A DNA stretch of 64,000 nt. It comes from Patescibacteria group bacterium. Its GTDB lineage: Bacteria > Patescibacteriota > Patescibacteriia > Patescibacteriales > UBA12465. Both the position numbers and the translations under genes were made by a program. Below the pieces are notes generated by a model. It had not been told where the DNA came from and ran no database searches. It was given only the letters and a program-made list of their open reading frames with translations. The stretch lies in the NCBI GenBank assembly GCA_041664445.1, contig JBAYKT010000002.1, positions 8,629-72,628 on the forward strand, given 5' to 3'. Below, in pieces: positions 10,010 to 18,250 of this stretch. Within the stretch, counting starts at the first letter, position 1; each line of letters starts with the position of its first letter.

Positions 10010-12367
10010 TTATTTTTTATATTTTTCTTTTAATTCAATGAGCTCCAATTTATCCGGGGCTAATTTAATAGCCTCGTTAATACTATTTAAAGCCGCGTTT
10101 TTATCTCCTCTTTCAAAATATAAAGTCGCTAATGCCAACGGCCAATTATAATCACTGGGGCTTAAAACTGCACCATGAGCAACATAACGGATGGCTGTAT
10201 CCAAATCGCCGCGCAAATAAAAAGTATCAGCGATTTTTTTAAGCAATGAATAATCTTCAATCATGTTGCGATAAGCGGCCTTAAAAAATTTTTCAGCATT
10301 TGCATAATTACCCTGAGAAACATAGGCTCGCCCTAAATCGGTATACATCATATAGCGATAAGACTCAGCAACTTTTTTATGACGAGGATTAATGAGCACG
10401 CTATTAACATCCGGGAGCTTAGTATCGACTAAGCGATAAAAATTCTCGGCCTCCGCCAGCCGCCCCTGCCTCATATAATCACGCCCTCGTTCCAAATAAG
10501 CTAAGGGCCAATTAGGCGTTAATTGCAAAACAACGGCAAAATATTTATCCGCCAGTTCATAATTTTCCAGCTGACTATACAATTGAGCTTTCAATAAAAA
10601 ATTTTGATAACCGCGATCCGGTAAAGATTGGGCAATGGCCGCTAAACGTCTTTTAATCATCGTCTTCGTAGCTAAATCCGATGCTTGTTCCAAATGAACG
10701 CCCAAATTATCCCCCAAAAAATGAGCAACAAAATTTTGCTGGACCGAATTAACTTTTAATCTAAGAATATCGTCATGAATAACGAGCGCCGTCAGCGCTT
10801 CGCCGCGGCTTAAAGAGATATAAATATTATTGAAATAAGCATCAGCAATCAGTGAGCGGCCATTAAGAATTATTTGCCAAGCAGCCAGAATTAAAACACT
10901 AATTAACAAACTGACCCGCCACCAAAATTTAAAACTATATTTTTTTAATAACCAAGAAAAATTATTTACAGACATCGGACGCTCAAAATGGATAGCCGCT
11001 AAAATAGCAAACAGTAGCCAGAAATAAACTTCGGCGGCCACAATCGCAAAACTGAACATTAAGGAAATAAGATAACCCGCCGCGGCAGCAGCAATAGCCA
11101 AAGACAAATATTTATATTTTTCCGCCTGATAATTTTGCCAAGCCAACTTAAAAAAAGAATAATACCATAAAGAAAACAATAGTAGGCCAAAAAATCCAAC
11201 GTTAAGTAAAGTATCCAAAATTAAATTATGTGCCCGATCAGTATTAGCGCTCACGTCGGCATAAATACCCCAATCATTTTCATAATATTTTATAAACACT
11301 TCCCCGGCATTTTCTAAACCATAGCCAAAAGCCGGTTTCTGCAAAATCGCATCGGCGGAGGCATGAAAAAAATTAACTCGTGCGGCAAAACTACCGGCGC
11401 CAATATTAAAAGACTCCTGCAGGCGTCCCGGAGTAAAAATTTCTAAAGCACCAATTCCCAAAATAAAAATTAAAAACGCGCCCGCCGCTATTAAAACCTT
11501 GACCCGGGCTGTAAATTTAGAAGCCAATAAAAGATAGGCGACAAACAAAAAACCGATTAACACTAAAGCTAATAATCCGCCGCGACTCGCGGTCGAAAAT
11601 AATCCTAAAATCTGAAAAACAGCCGCAAAACTGAAAAAAGTTTTAACCCAAAAATTTTTAGATGAATAAGCTAAATAAAAAGCCAAAGGAATCGTTAATA
11701 GCAAAAAGGAGGCAAAAAAATTAGGTTGGCCGAAGGTGGACAGGGCGCGCCCAGTTAAATAAGGTTCATCTGGCCAAGTCAAAAAATCAATATTTAAAAT
11801 TTGCAAAACACCATAAAGCCCTACCAACGTGGCCGAAAGATTGGCGCTTATTAAAATACGGCGGATCTTGGCTTTCAGTGACCAGACCTGAGAGCCAATG
11901 TTTCTCCAGGTAACCAAATTAAAAAATAAAATTAAGGACCATAAAAAATAAAAGAACAGGCTGGAAATTCCTTCTTGCCGCTCGTAAGAACCAAAAAAAC
12001 TAATGCGCCAATCTAAGGAGAATGGCAAAATGGCTACCAAACCGACGAGGAGCAAGGCGGGAATCAAAAAATATTTTTTAAAAACCAGCCACGCTGTTCT
12101 TCGACCAATTTCGGAAACAAGGCTCGGAGACGGAAAAAACAACGCCCGCGCCACAGTCAACACCAACAAGCTCCAAAGTAAAATTCGAAACAAAATAATT
12201 TTATCCAATTCAAAGATGTTAAAACCGGAATAAAAAGCGGCAAACCACAGGGGCACTAAAAAAATAATTGCCAAATAATTGACTTCTATAAAAAATCCTA
12301 AAAATTCGGAGCTAGAAATTCCCTGCGCCCAAGCCTTAAGACGAGAAATTAAAAAATTAATTTTCAT
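10010..12367 (-). CDS. Wzy_C (O-antigen ligase/PglL-like) polytopic membrane protein fused to a C-terminal TPR domain of about 350 aa. Candidate protein O-oligosaccharyltransferase.
   Basis: Multi-TM region with the SRGG motif typical of the Wzy_C/O-antigen-ligase domain, then TPR-like repeats (AYLERGRDYMRQGRLAEAENFY...). The track start at 12406 is a TTG inside the secDF terminator hairpin; the ATG at 12365-12367 (MKINFLISRL...) is more likely. Confidence 0.6.
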   Translation of the reverse strand: MKINFLISRLKAWAQGISSSEFLGFFIEVNYLAIIFLVPLWFAAFYSGFNIFELDKIILFRILLWSLLVLTVARALFFPSPSLVSEIGRRTAWLVFKKYFLIPALLLVGLVAILPFSLDWRISFFGSYERQEGISSLFFYFLWSLILFFNLVTWRNIGSQVWSLKAKIRRILISANLSATLVGLYGVLQILNIDFLTWPDEPYLTGRALSTFGQPNFFASFLLLTIPLAFYLAYSSKNFWVKTFFSFAAVFQILGLFSTASRGGLLALVLIGFLFVAYLLLASKFTARVKVLIAAGAFLIFILGIGALEIFTPGRLQESFNIGAGSFAARVNFFHASADAILQKPAFGYGLENAGEVFIKYYENDWGIYADVSANTDRAHNLILDTLLNVGFFGLLLFSLWYYSFFKLAWQNYQAEKYKYLSLAIAAAAAGYLISLMFSFAIVAAEVYFWLLFAILAAIHFERPMSVNNFSWLLKKYSFKFWWRVSLLISVLILAAWQIILNGRSLIADAYFNNIYISLSRGEALTALVIHDDILRLKVNSVQQNFVAHFLGDNLGVHLEQASDLATKTMIKRRLAAIAQSLPDRGYQNFLLKAQLYSQLENYELADKYFAVVLQLTPNWPLAYLERGRDYMRQGRLAEAENFYRLVDTKLPDVNSVLINPRHKKVAESYRYMMYTDLGRAYVSQGNYANAEKFFKAAYRNMIEDYSLLKKIADTFYLRGDLDTAIRYVAHGAVLSPSDYNWPLALATLYFERGDKNAALNSINEAIKLAPDKLELIELKEKYKK

Positions 12368-12383
12368 GGTTTTATTATAGCAA

Positions 12384-12416
12384 TAAAAAAGGGGCTTGAA
12401 AATCAAGCCCCTTTAA
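12384..12416 (-). terminator. Strong intrinsic terminator after secF: perfect stem ggggcttga/tcaagcccc followed by T7 on the minus strand
   Basis: 9-bp GC-rich perfect stem with a 3-nt loop. The minus-strand read gives tttttttattgc after the stem. Confidence 0.6.
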
Positions 12417-12432
12417 AAATCACTAAGAATAT

Positions 12433-13353
12433 TTAAGCCTTTTTAGCCGCTTTATGCATCTTGTTATTCCAGATTACTAAAATCGGGCTGGCAATAAAGA
12501 TAGAGCTGTAAGTGCCAACAAAAATACCGATGAGCAGGGCGAGAGCAAAGTCTTTAATGGTGCTGCCGCCGAATAATAAAATAGCGAGCAGTGCTAATAT
12601 AGCTGAAAAAGAGGTATTGATAGAACGGGAAATAGTTTGATTGATGCTGGAATTAATCGTATTTTCAAAGTTATCGTTGCTCTTAGGCAAGGTTTCCCGA
12701 ATACGATCAAAGACGACAATGGTATCGCTGACGCTGTAGCCTAAAACCGTTAAAATAGCGGCGATAAATGGCGTGTTAACTTCAATCTGGTAAAAATGAC
12801 CCATAACCGCAAAGGCTCCCAGGGTAATAATAACGTCATGGGCCAGCGCAATAATCGCGGCTACCCCGTACTTCCAAGAAGAAATTGGACGAGAAACACG
12901 CTTAAATGCTAAGGAAATATATAGAATAATCATTATCAAAACAATAATGGAGGCGTTAAACGATTTGCTCTTTAATTCTTGACCAATAGAGGGGCCGACA
13001 AAATCAAAGCGCAACTCTTTAAAGGCGGCACCATCATGCCCGCTAGTTAGGGTTTCTAATTTAGTTAGAATATTTTGGTGCGTGTCTTCGCTCACCTCCT
13101 TGAAACGCAGAATAAAAGTATTGTCATTTGTTGGTTGGATGGTTAAACCTTTAATGTCCTCATCTTTTAAGGCGTCCTGAATCTCAGTAATTGATGGTTG
13201 ATAATTAGAATATTCGGCTTCCAAAAAACTGCCGCCGGTAAAATCAACTCCAAAGTTAAGTCCCCAAGTAATAAGCGCGGCGATAGAAGCGGCGATAAAC
13301 AGCCCGGAAATAGTTAAGAAAATATTTCTTTTTTGAATTATCCGATAAGTCAT
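12433..13353 (-). CDS. secF: Protein translocase subunit SecF
   Basis: 306 aa with SecD/SecF 6-TM architecture, immediately downstream of secD. Confidence 0.85.
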   Translation of the reverse strand: MTYRIIQKRNIFLTISGLFIAASIAALITWGLNFGVDFTGGSFLEAEYSNYQPSITEIQDALKDEDIKGLTIQPTNDNTFILRFKEVSEDTHQNILTKLETLTSGHDGAAFKELRFDFVGPSIGQELKSKSFNASIIVLIMIILYISLAFKRVSRPISSWKYGVAAIIALAHDVIITLGAFAVMGHFYQIEVNTPFIAAILTVLGYSVSDTIVVFDRIRETLPKSNDNFENTINSSINQTISRSINTSFSAILALLAILLFGGSTIKDFALALLIGIFVGTYSSIFIASPILVIWNNKMHKAAKKA

Positions 13354-13390
13354 ATTGTTATTTTTATCTTTAATGATATTTAAGTTCCGC

Positions 13391-14947
13391 TTATTCAGCT
13401 TTAATTTTCTTAATCCCCAAAAGGCACTTTCTTTTTTCTAACCATTCACCTAGAACCAAAACCGACAGAACTCTAGTAATCACAATGGCGCTAAATAAAG
13501 AAACAGAGATGCCGATAAACAAAGTTGTTCCAAACCCTTGAACGGAAGAGGTGCCGAAGAACATTAAAATCAGACAGGTAATTAAAGAAGAAATGTTGCC
13601 ATCGCGAATTGAAGGCCAAGCGCGCTTAAAACCATCAGTCACTGATTGCGGGACCGACTTTCCGGCCTTAAGCTCCTCTTTGGTACGAGCAAAAATAAGG
13701 ATATTGGCATCAACGGCCATACCGACCGATAAGATTAAGCCGGCGATTCCGGATAAAGACAGGGTGACCGGTTTCAAAGCATAGAAAAATAGTAAAATAC
13801 CAATAACCGTGAAAAACAACGCTAAAGTACTATCGAAAATTTTAATTTCATTAAAGGTATAAAAAATAAGAGCAATCATGACAAAAATTAAGGGCAAGGC
13901 AATAGCCACTGGGATTGCTTTAAAAATCGCCAGCATTGTTAAACCATAAACAAAAAGTGATAATACTGATAATACCCCCGGCAGACGGTACATAATAATC
14001 ATGAAGATGGAGACCAAAAGTAATCCCAGAAGACCGGCTTGCAAACTATTATTAATCGACTTAGCACCTAAACTCGCTTCCACAGTTTTTTGAGAAACCA
14101 AAGATACGGGAACCGGCAAAGCACCGGAATTTAAACGCTTAACCAATAACTTAGCTTCATCAACATTAAACTGTCCAGAAATAACGGCTTTACCGCCGGT
14201 AATTTTTTCATTAACTGTAGGGGCGCTAATTACGTAGCCGTCTAGAAAAATAGCCACTGGCTTGCTGACATTGCGCGCGGTAATATCTTCAAACATTTGG
14301 GCGCCCTCGGTATTAAACTCTAAAGAAACTTCCGGTGTACCATCTTGGGCAAATTCTAGAATCGCTCTTTTTAAATATTTTCCGGTCAGCTCGGTATTTT
14401 TCCAAAGACTGTCAGTATTAATATTAATTTCAGTACTACTAGCATCGCCAGTCGGTGTCAGCGTAGTTGAACCTTCCGTATCCTGTTCTTTAAATTCCAA
14501 AATTGGCGTTTCGCCAATCATTTTAATTGCTTCTTTCACGTCTTTAATCCCGGCTAACTCCGCAATAATGCGATACTCCCCATTGCTACCCTTATTAACT
14601 TGGACAACCGGCTCGCTAACGCCAAAAGTATTAACGCGGCGTTCAATCACATCGCGCGCCGACTCCATGGCATCCGCCCGATCAGCTTCCGGTATATTAG
14701 TCACATCCGCCTCATAAACTAACTGAGTGCCTCCCTGAAGATCAAGCCCTAAACTAAAAGGCAATTCTTTAACTTGTGGCAACACAATTATGTTGTTAGT
14801 TTTAGCAGCCGCAAAACGAGCAAACTGATTGTAATAATTGCCACCGGCAATCAGTCCGACCGAGAGGGCAAACAGGATAATTAGACCTAAAATCCAGCGA
14901 GTCTTAGCCTTAAAAGACAGTTTGGAAATTTTTTGCATAAATGACAT
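13391..14947 (-). CDS. secD: Protein translocase subunit SecD
   Basis: 518 aa with a large periplasmic domain and a C-terminal SecDF TM bundle (FARTKEELKAGKSV region). Confidence 0.85.
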   Translation of the reverse strand: MSFMQKISKLSFKAKTRWILGLIILFALSVGLIAGGNYYNQFARFAAAKTNNIIVLPQVKELPFSLGLDLQGGTQLVYEADVTNIPEADRADAMESARDVIERRVNTFGVSEPVVQVNKGSNGEYRIIAELAGIKDVKEAIKMIGETPILEFKEQDTEGSTTLTPTGDASSTEININTDSLWKNTELTGKYLKRAILEFAQDGTPEVSLEFNTEGAQMFEDITARNVSKPVAIFLDGYVISAPTVNEKITGGKAVISGQFNVDEAKLLVKRLNSGALPVPVSLVSQKTVEASLGAKSINNSLQAGLLGLLLVSIFMIIMYRLPGVLSVLSLFVYGLTMLAIFKAIPVAIALPLIFVMIALIFYTFNEIKIFDSTLALFFTVIGILLFFYALKPVTLSLSGIAGLILSVGMAVDANILIFARTKEELKAGKSVPQSVTDGFKRAWPSIRDGNISSLITCLILMFFGTSSVQGFGTTLFIGISVSLFSAIVITRVLSVLVLGEWLEKRKCLLGIKKIKAE

Positions 14948-15013
14948 ATAGGATTAAAGACTAGAGCCGGGCGTGAAACCGGCAAATATTAGTAAATTAA
15001 CTCAAACTTTCCT

Positions 15014-15027
15014 TTATCTTAAGATAA
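15014..15027. promoter_or_regulatory. 14-bp perfect palindrome TTATCTTAAGATAA in the divergent secD/clpP promoter region. Possible operator.
   Basis: Perfect inverted repeat about 40 nt upstream of the clpP -35. Confidence 0.25.
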
Positions 15028-15053
15028 GTAGAAATAAAAATCAAGTCTTGGTC

Positions 15054-15082
15054 TTTACAAAAAAGCCAATTTTATTTATAAT
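15054..15082 (+). promoter_or_regulatory. Near-consensus sigma70-type promoter for clpP (TTTACA-17-TATAAT)
   Basis: -35 at 15054-15059 and -10 at 15077-15082, about 35 nt upstream of the clpP ATG. Confidence 0.45.
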
Positions 15083-15116
15083 AAGTCTATTATAATTCAA
15101 TAAAAAGCTTAAAAAT

Positions 15117-15707
15117 ATGCCATTAATACCCACTGTCATTGAAAAAGAAGGACAAATTGAGCGCGCTTATGATATTTACTCCCGCCTCTTAAAAGACCGC
15201 ATTATTTTCTTGGGCGAACAAATAGATGACCACACCGCCAACATTGTCATTGCTCAATTATTATTTCTGGACGCTCAAAATAAAGACCAAGATATTAAAT
15301 TCTATATCAATTCCCCTGGAGGCTCGGTCAGCGCCGGTCTAGCTATTTATGATACTATGCAACTTATCAAGTCTGACGTTTCAACAATCTGTGTCGGCTT
15401 GGCCGCTTCCATGGCTTCAGTGCTGCTAGCCGCGGGAACTCCCGGAAAAAGGTTTGCTCTTCCTAATAGTGAAATTATGATTCACCAAGTAATGGGCGGC
15501 GCTGAAGGGCAGGCTTCAGATATTAAAATTAGGGCTGAACACATTTTAAAAATAAAATCTAAAATGAATAAGATTTTAGCCTTCCATACTAAACAAAAAG
15601 AAGCCAAAGTTGAGGCTGACAGTGACCGCGATAATTTCATGAGCGCGGAAGAGGCCCAAAAATACGGGATTATTGATAAAATAATCGGCCCCAAAAATAA
15701 AATTTAA
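15117..15707 (+). CDS. clpP: ATP-dependent Clp protease proteolytic subunit ClpP
   Basis: 196 aa with the [15 protein letters not shown] signature and Ser/His catalytic residues in place. Confidence 0.95.
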   Translation: MPLIPTVIEKEGQIERAYDIYSRLLKDRIIFLGEQIDDHTANIVIAQLLFLDAQNKDQDIKFYINSPGGSVSAGLAIYDTMQLIKSDVSTICVGLAASMASVLLAAGTPGKRFALPNSEIMIHQVMGGAEGQASDIKIRAEHILKIKSKMNKILAFHTKQKEAKVEADSDRDNFMSAEEAQKYGIIDKIIGPKNKI

Positions 15708-15726
15708 AGATCACGACTAAATAAAA

Positions 15727-15753
15727 ACTCCGCACGTGGCGGAGTTTTTTTAT
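15727..15753. terminator. Bidirectional intrinsic terminator between clpP (+) and the convergent surface-protein genes (-)
   Basis: actccgc-acgtg-gcggagt hairpin flanked by an A-run upstream and T7 downstream. Confidence 0.6.
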
Positions 15754-15772
15754 TTTAGTAAATTTAATTTAT

Positions 15773-16831
15773 TTATTGATACTGAGCTAAATTATAATTT
15801 TTCTGGAAAGAATTAATAATCATTTTAAAAATATTAGGATAAGCCAGGCGATCGCTTAACGCCGGAATATAAGAAATGATATAAATATTTTCACGATCAT
15901 TATCCGTCAGATAAAAGTTCAAACCATCTTCACCCATAATTCCTTCCCAGGTAATTCCTTTTTGTAGACGATTACTATCAACGGTTTCCGAAGGAAAAGT
16001 GACGCTATACCAATCGCTGATACTCTGAATTTTTGGATTTCCCTGAACGGAAATCTGCATTAGAGAATTATCGGGAGCGGAAATAATCGTCGCGTAATCA
16101 TTGTTTAAAGATTTAAGCGTCCAAGCGGTCGGATAATAAATTTCATATTTACCAGTTTGATTTTGATATTTGCTTAAGTAAGTACTGGCGGTGAGCTTAT
16201 CCTTGCCTGTAGGATTATAGCCTTTCCCTAATTCTGATAAATCACCATAATTATCGCCATCACTATCAGGAAGCATGGCATCCGTTCCTAAGGCCAGTTC
16301 TTCATCATCACTCAAGCCATCAACATCGGTATCTAAAAGCGGCGGAGTTTCAATGGTTAACGGTATTTCTTCAATAGTCGTGGAGGCCGTGGAAGTTGAT
16401 TCTATAGTCTCAGGATTAATCATTTCAATAACGCTGGGAGCTATCTCAACAACCGCCGTACTGGAAGCCGTGGAAGTTGAAACTAGAGGTGTTGTTTTTT
16501 CAGGTACGATAGGTGCCGAGGAAACAATCGGCGCGGCGGAAATTGGTTCTTGAGCGGCTGGCTTGATTATAAAGCGATAACTTAAATAAACTAGAACACC
16601 GACAAAAACTAGGCCTAGGCCGATAATCACGATGCCAACTGTTTGGTGCTTATTTTTATTATCAGACACCGCTAAAAATTGCGAACCGGAACCGGAATTG
16701 GCCGTTTTAATATTACCACTGACAAATGAGCGGGTAGGGACAGTGGGCATGTTATGGACAATCAATTCTTGATTAACCCGGACCGCCGTCGCATCGTCGA
16801 TATTTGTTTTTTTATTATTTTTTCCTAACAT
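15773..16831 (-). CDS. Type-II membrane-anchored surface protein. It has a cytoplasmic N-terminus, a single TM, a Ser/Thr/Pro-rich stalk, two thrombospondin-type-3-like Ca-binding repeats and a C-terminal globular domain of about 150 aa.
   Basis: TM helix VGIVIIGLGLVFVGVLVYL, repeats DTDVDGLSDDEE and DSDGDNYGDLSE (DxDxDGxxDxxE). Confidence 0.6.
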   Translation of the reverse strand: MLGKNNKKTNIDDATAVRVNQELIVHNMPTVPTRSFVSGNIKTANSGSGSQFLAVSDNKNKHQTVGIVIIGLGLVFVGVLVYLSYRFIIKPAAQEPISAAPIVSSAPIVPEKTTPLVSTSTASSTAVVEIAPSVIEMINPETIESTSTASTTIEEIPLTIETPPLLDTDVDGLSDDEELALGTDAMLPDSDGDNYGDLSELGKGYNPTGKDKLTASTYLSKYQNQTGKYEIYYPTAWTLKSLNNDYATIISAPDNSLMQISVQGNPKIQSISDWYSVTFPSETVDSNRLQKGITWEGIMGEDGLNFYLTDNDRENIYIISYIPALSDRLAYPNIFKMIINSFQKNYNLAQYQ

Positions 16832-16833
16832 AT

Positions 16834-17040
16834 CTAATTAAGCACCAAAAAAATAATCACCGCGAATAACATTAAAATTACTCCGCCTAAAATAAACCAG
16901 AGCTTAAGATTACCGGCACTCGTTTTGGGCATTGAATGGACTCCAATCGCTAAACGCGAAGGACGAATTTGAGGAGCCGCTTTACTGAGAGTAGCAGGCG
17001 CCGGATTTTTTTCTGGTGTCAGGTTAGCGCCATTAGTCAT
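16834..17040 (-). CDS. Small (68 aa) C-terminally membrane-anchored protein, hypothetical
   Basis: ATG start, single C-terminal TM (LWFILGGVILMLFAVIIFLV), packed between two surface-protein genes with a 2-nt gap. Confidence 0.35.
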   Translation of the reverse strand: MTNGANLTPEKNPAPATLSKAAPQIRPSRLAIGVHSMPKTSAGNLKLWFILGGVILMLFAVIIFLVLN

Positions 17041-17045
17041 AAAAA

Positions 17046-17801
17046 TTATTTGATTACATTACCTGGCATTTTGGCTCCGACAGCGTTAGGATCATATCCG
17101 CCTCTAACTTCCTGACCATCCGGATAAGTATCGCCATCAGTGTCAGCTTTTAAGGGATTGGTTTTGTAGATTTTTACTTCTTCATAATCACTTAGACCGT
17201 CGTTATCAGTATCAATTAAATTAATATTAGTACCGGCAACTAATTCTTCGGAATCAGTTAAGCCATCGCTATCAGAATCAACGGGAGCAGCATTAACAGG
17301 AACGGTTGCTGTCTCCTCAATATTAATTTCCGTCGTGGTGGTGGCACTTGGCGAAATCGCTTCTGCAGTTGTAGTATCAACGCTAGGAATTTCAGTCACA
17401 AAAGTTGAGCTGCTAGTTGTTTCGGTATTAGTTTCTACAACATTATTATCTTGATTAGCAGAAGTTGAAGTCGCTACCGGTGTTCTGACTACTGGCACAG
17501 AGCTAGTATCAATCGGCTCTGCTTTAAAAAATTTATTATAAGCCAAAAATCCCAACAAACCTAAAATAACTACCACCATCAAAATAACGGCGATTTTAAA
17601 ACCAGAACCGCCTCTTTTAGGCTCCGATCTTAGAGACTCGGCAGAAAGTCCGCTCGGAGCTGTTAAGCCGACACGTTGAGTCATAATTTCGGCCGGCGCT
17701 TGCGGTCTTTGATTGTTATTGGACACGTTATCGGTTTCGGCGAAAATATCGTCAACCGGCTGATGTCCTGATTGGTTAGCGTTGTCGAGGTTGTCAAACA
17801 T
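17046..17801 (-). CDS. Membrane-anchored surface protein with a Ser/Thr-rich stalk and three thrombospondin-type-3-like Ca-binding repeats
   Basis: TM IAVILMVVVILGLLGFLAY, then repeats DSDSDGLTDSEE, DTDNDGLSDYEE and DTDGDTYPDGQE. Paralog-like of 15773-16831. Confidence 0.6.
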   Translation of the reverse strand: MFDNLDNANQSGHQPVDDIFAETDNVSNNNQRPQAPAEIMTQRVGLTAPSGLSAESLRSEPKRGGSGFKIAVILMVVVILGLLGFLAYNKFFKAEPIDTSSVPVVRTPVATSTSANQDNNVVETNTETTSSSTFVTEIPSVDTTTAEAISPSATTTTEINIEETATVPVNAAPVDSDSDGLTDSEELVAGTNINLIDTDNDGLSDYEEVKIYKTNPLKADTDGDTYPDGQEVRGGYDPNAVGAKMPGNVIK

Positions 17802-17872
17802 ATTTTTGTATAAGTAACTTGATTATCTTTAAAGTATAGCCAATAAGAAAACTTTTGGCTAATAATTTATTT

Positions 17873-18229
17873 TTATTGTTGCACTGATTGGGTGGCCGGC
17901 CGCATCATATCGGGATCAGCAATGCGACTAGGGTCTAAAATAATATCGGCGTCTTTACGAATAACGCGATAAACTTCGGTTTTACCAGATTCATCAGTTT
18001 TTAAAACTTGAATTTTAGAATCAGCTGGCAAGTTAAGACTAGACTTTTCCTCAGCACTCATAAACTCCGGGGCCGGTAGTGGGTTAATTGCTCCGGATTG
18101 AGAAAGATTGTCGGCGTTCAATTTATTATTACGGATTAAAATAAAAACCAAGATACCAATGATAACGATTACAGTTATCAAACCGATTATAATAATTTTT
18201 TTATTCTTATTTAACATATTATGCAACAT
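17873..18229 (-). CDS. Small N-terminally anchored membrane protein (118 aa), hypothetical
   Basis: N-terminal TM KIIIIGLITVIVIIGILVFILI, located immediately upstream of the giant secreted protein. Confidence 0.45.
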   Translation of the reverse strand: MLHNMLNKNKKIIIIGLITVIVIIGILVFILIRNNKLNADNLSQSGAINPLPAPEFMSAEEKSSLNLPADSKIQVLKTDESGKTEVYRVIRKDADIILDPSRIADPDMMRPATQSVQQ

Positions 18230-18250
18230 ATTTTTTAACTACGGTTCTCC

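Noticed and set aside
12368-12406. Track-annotated N-terminus (MIFKPLFYCYNKT) of the Wzy_C-TPR gene
   Set aside because: Starts on TTG inside the perfect terminator stem of secDF. The in-frame ATG at 12365-12367 is the plausible start.
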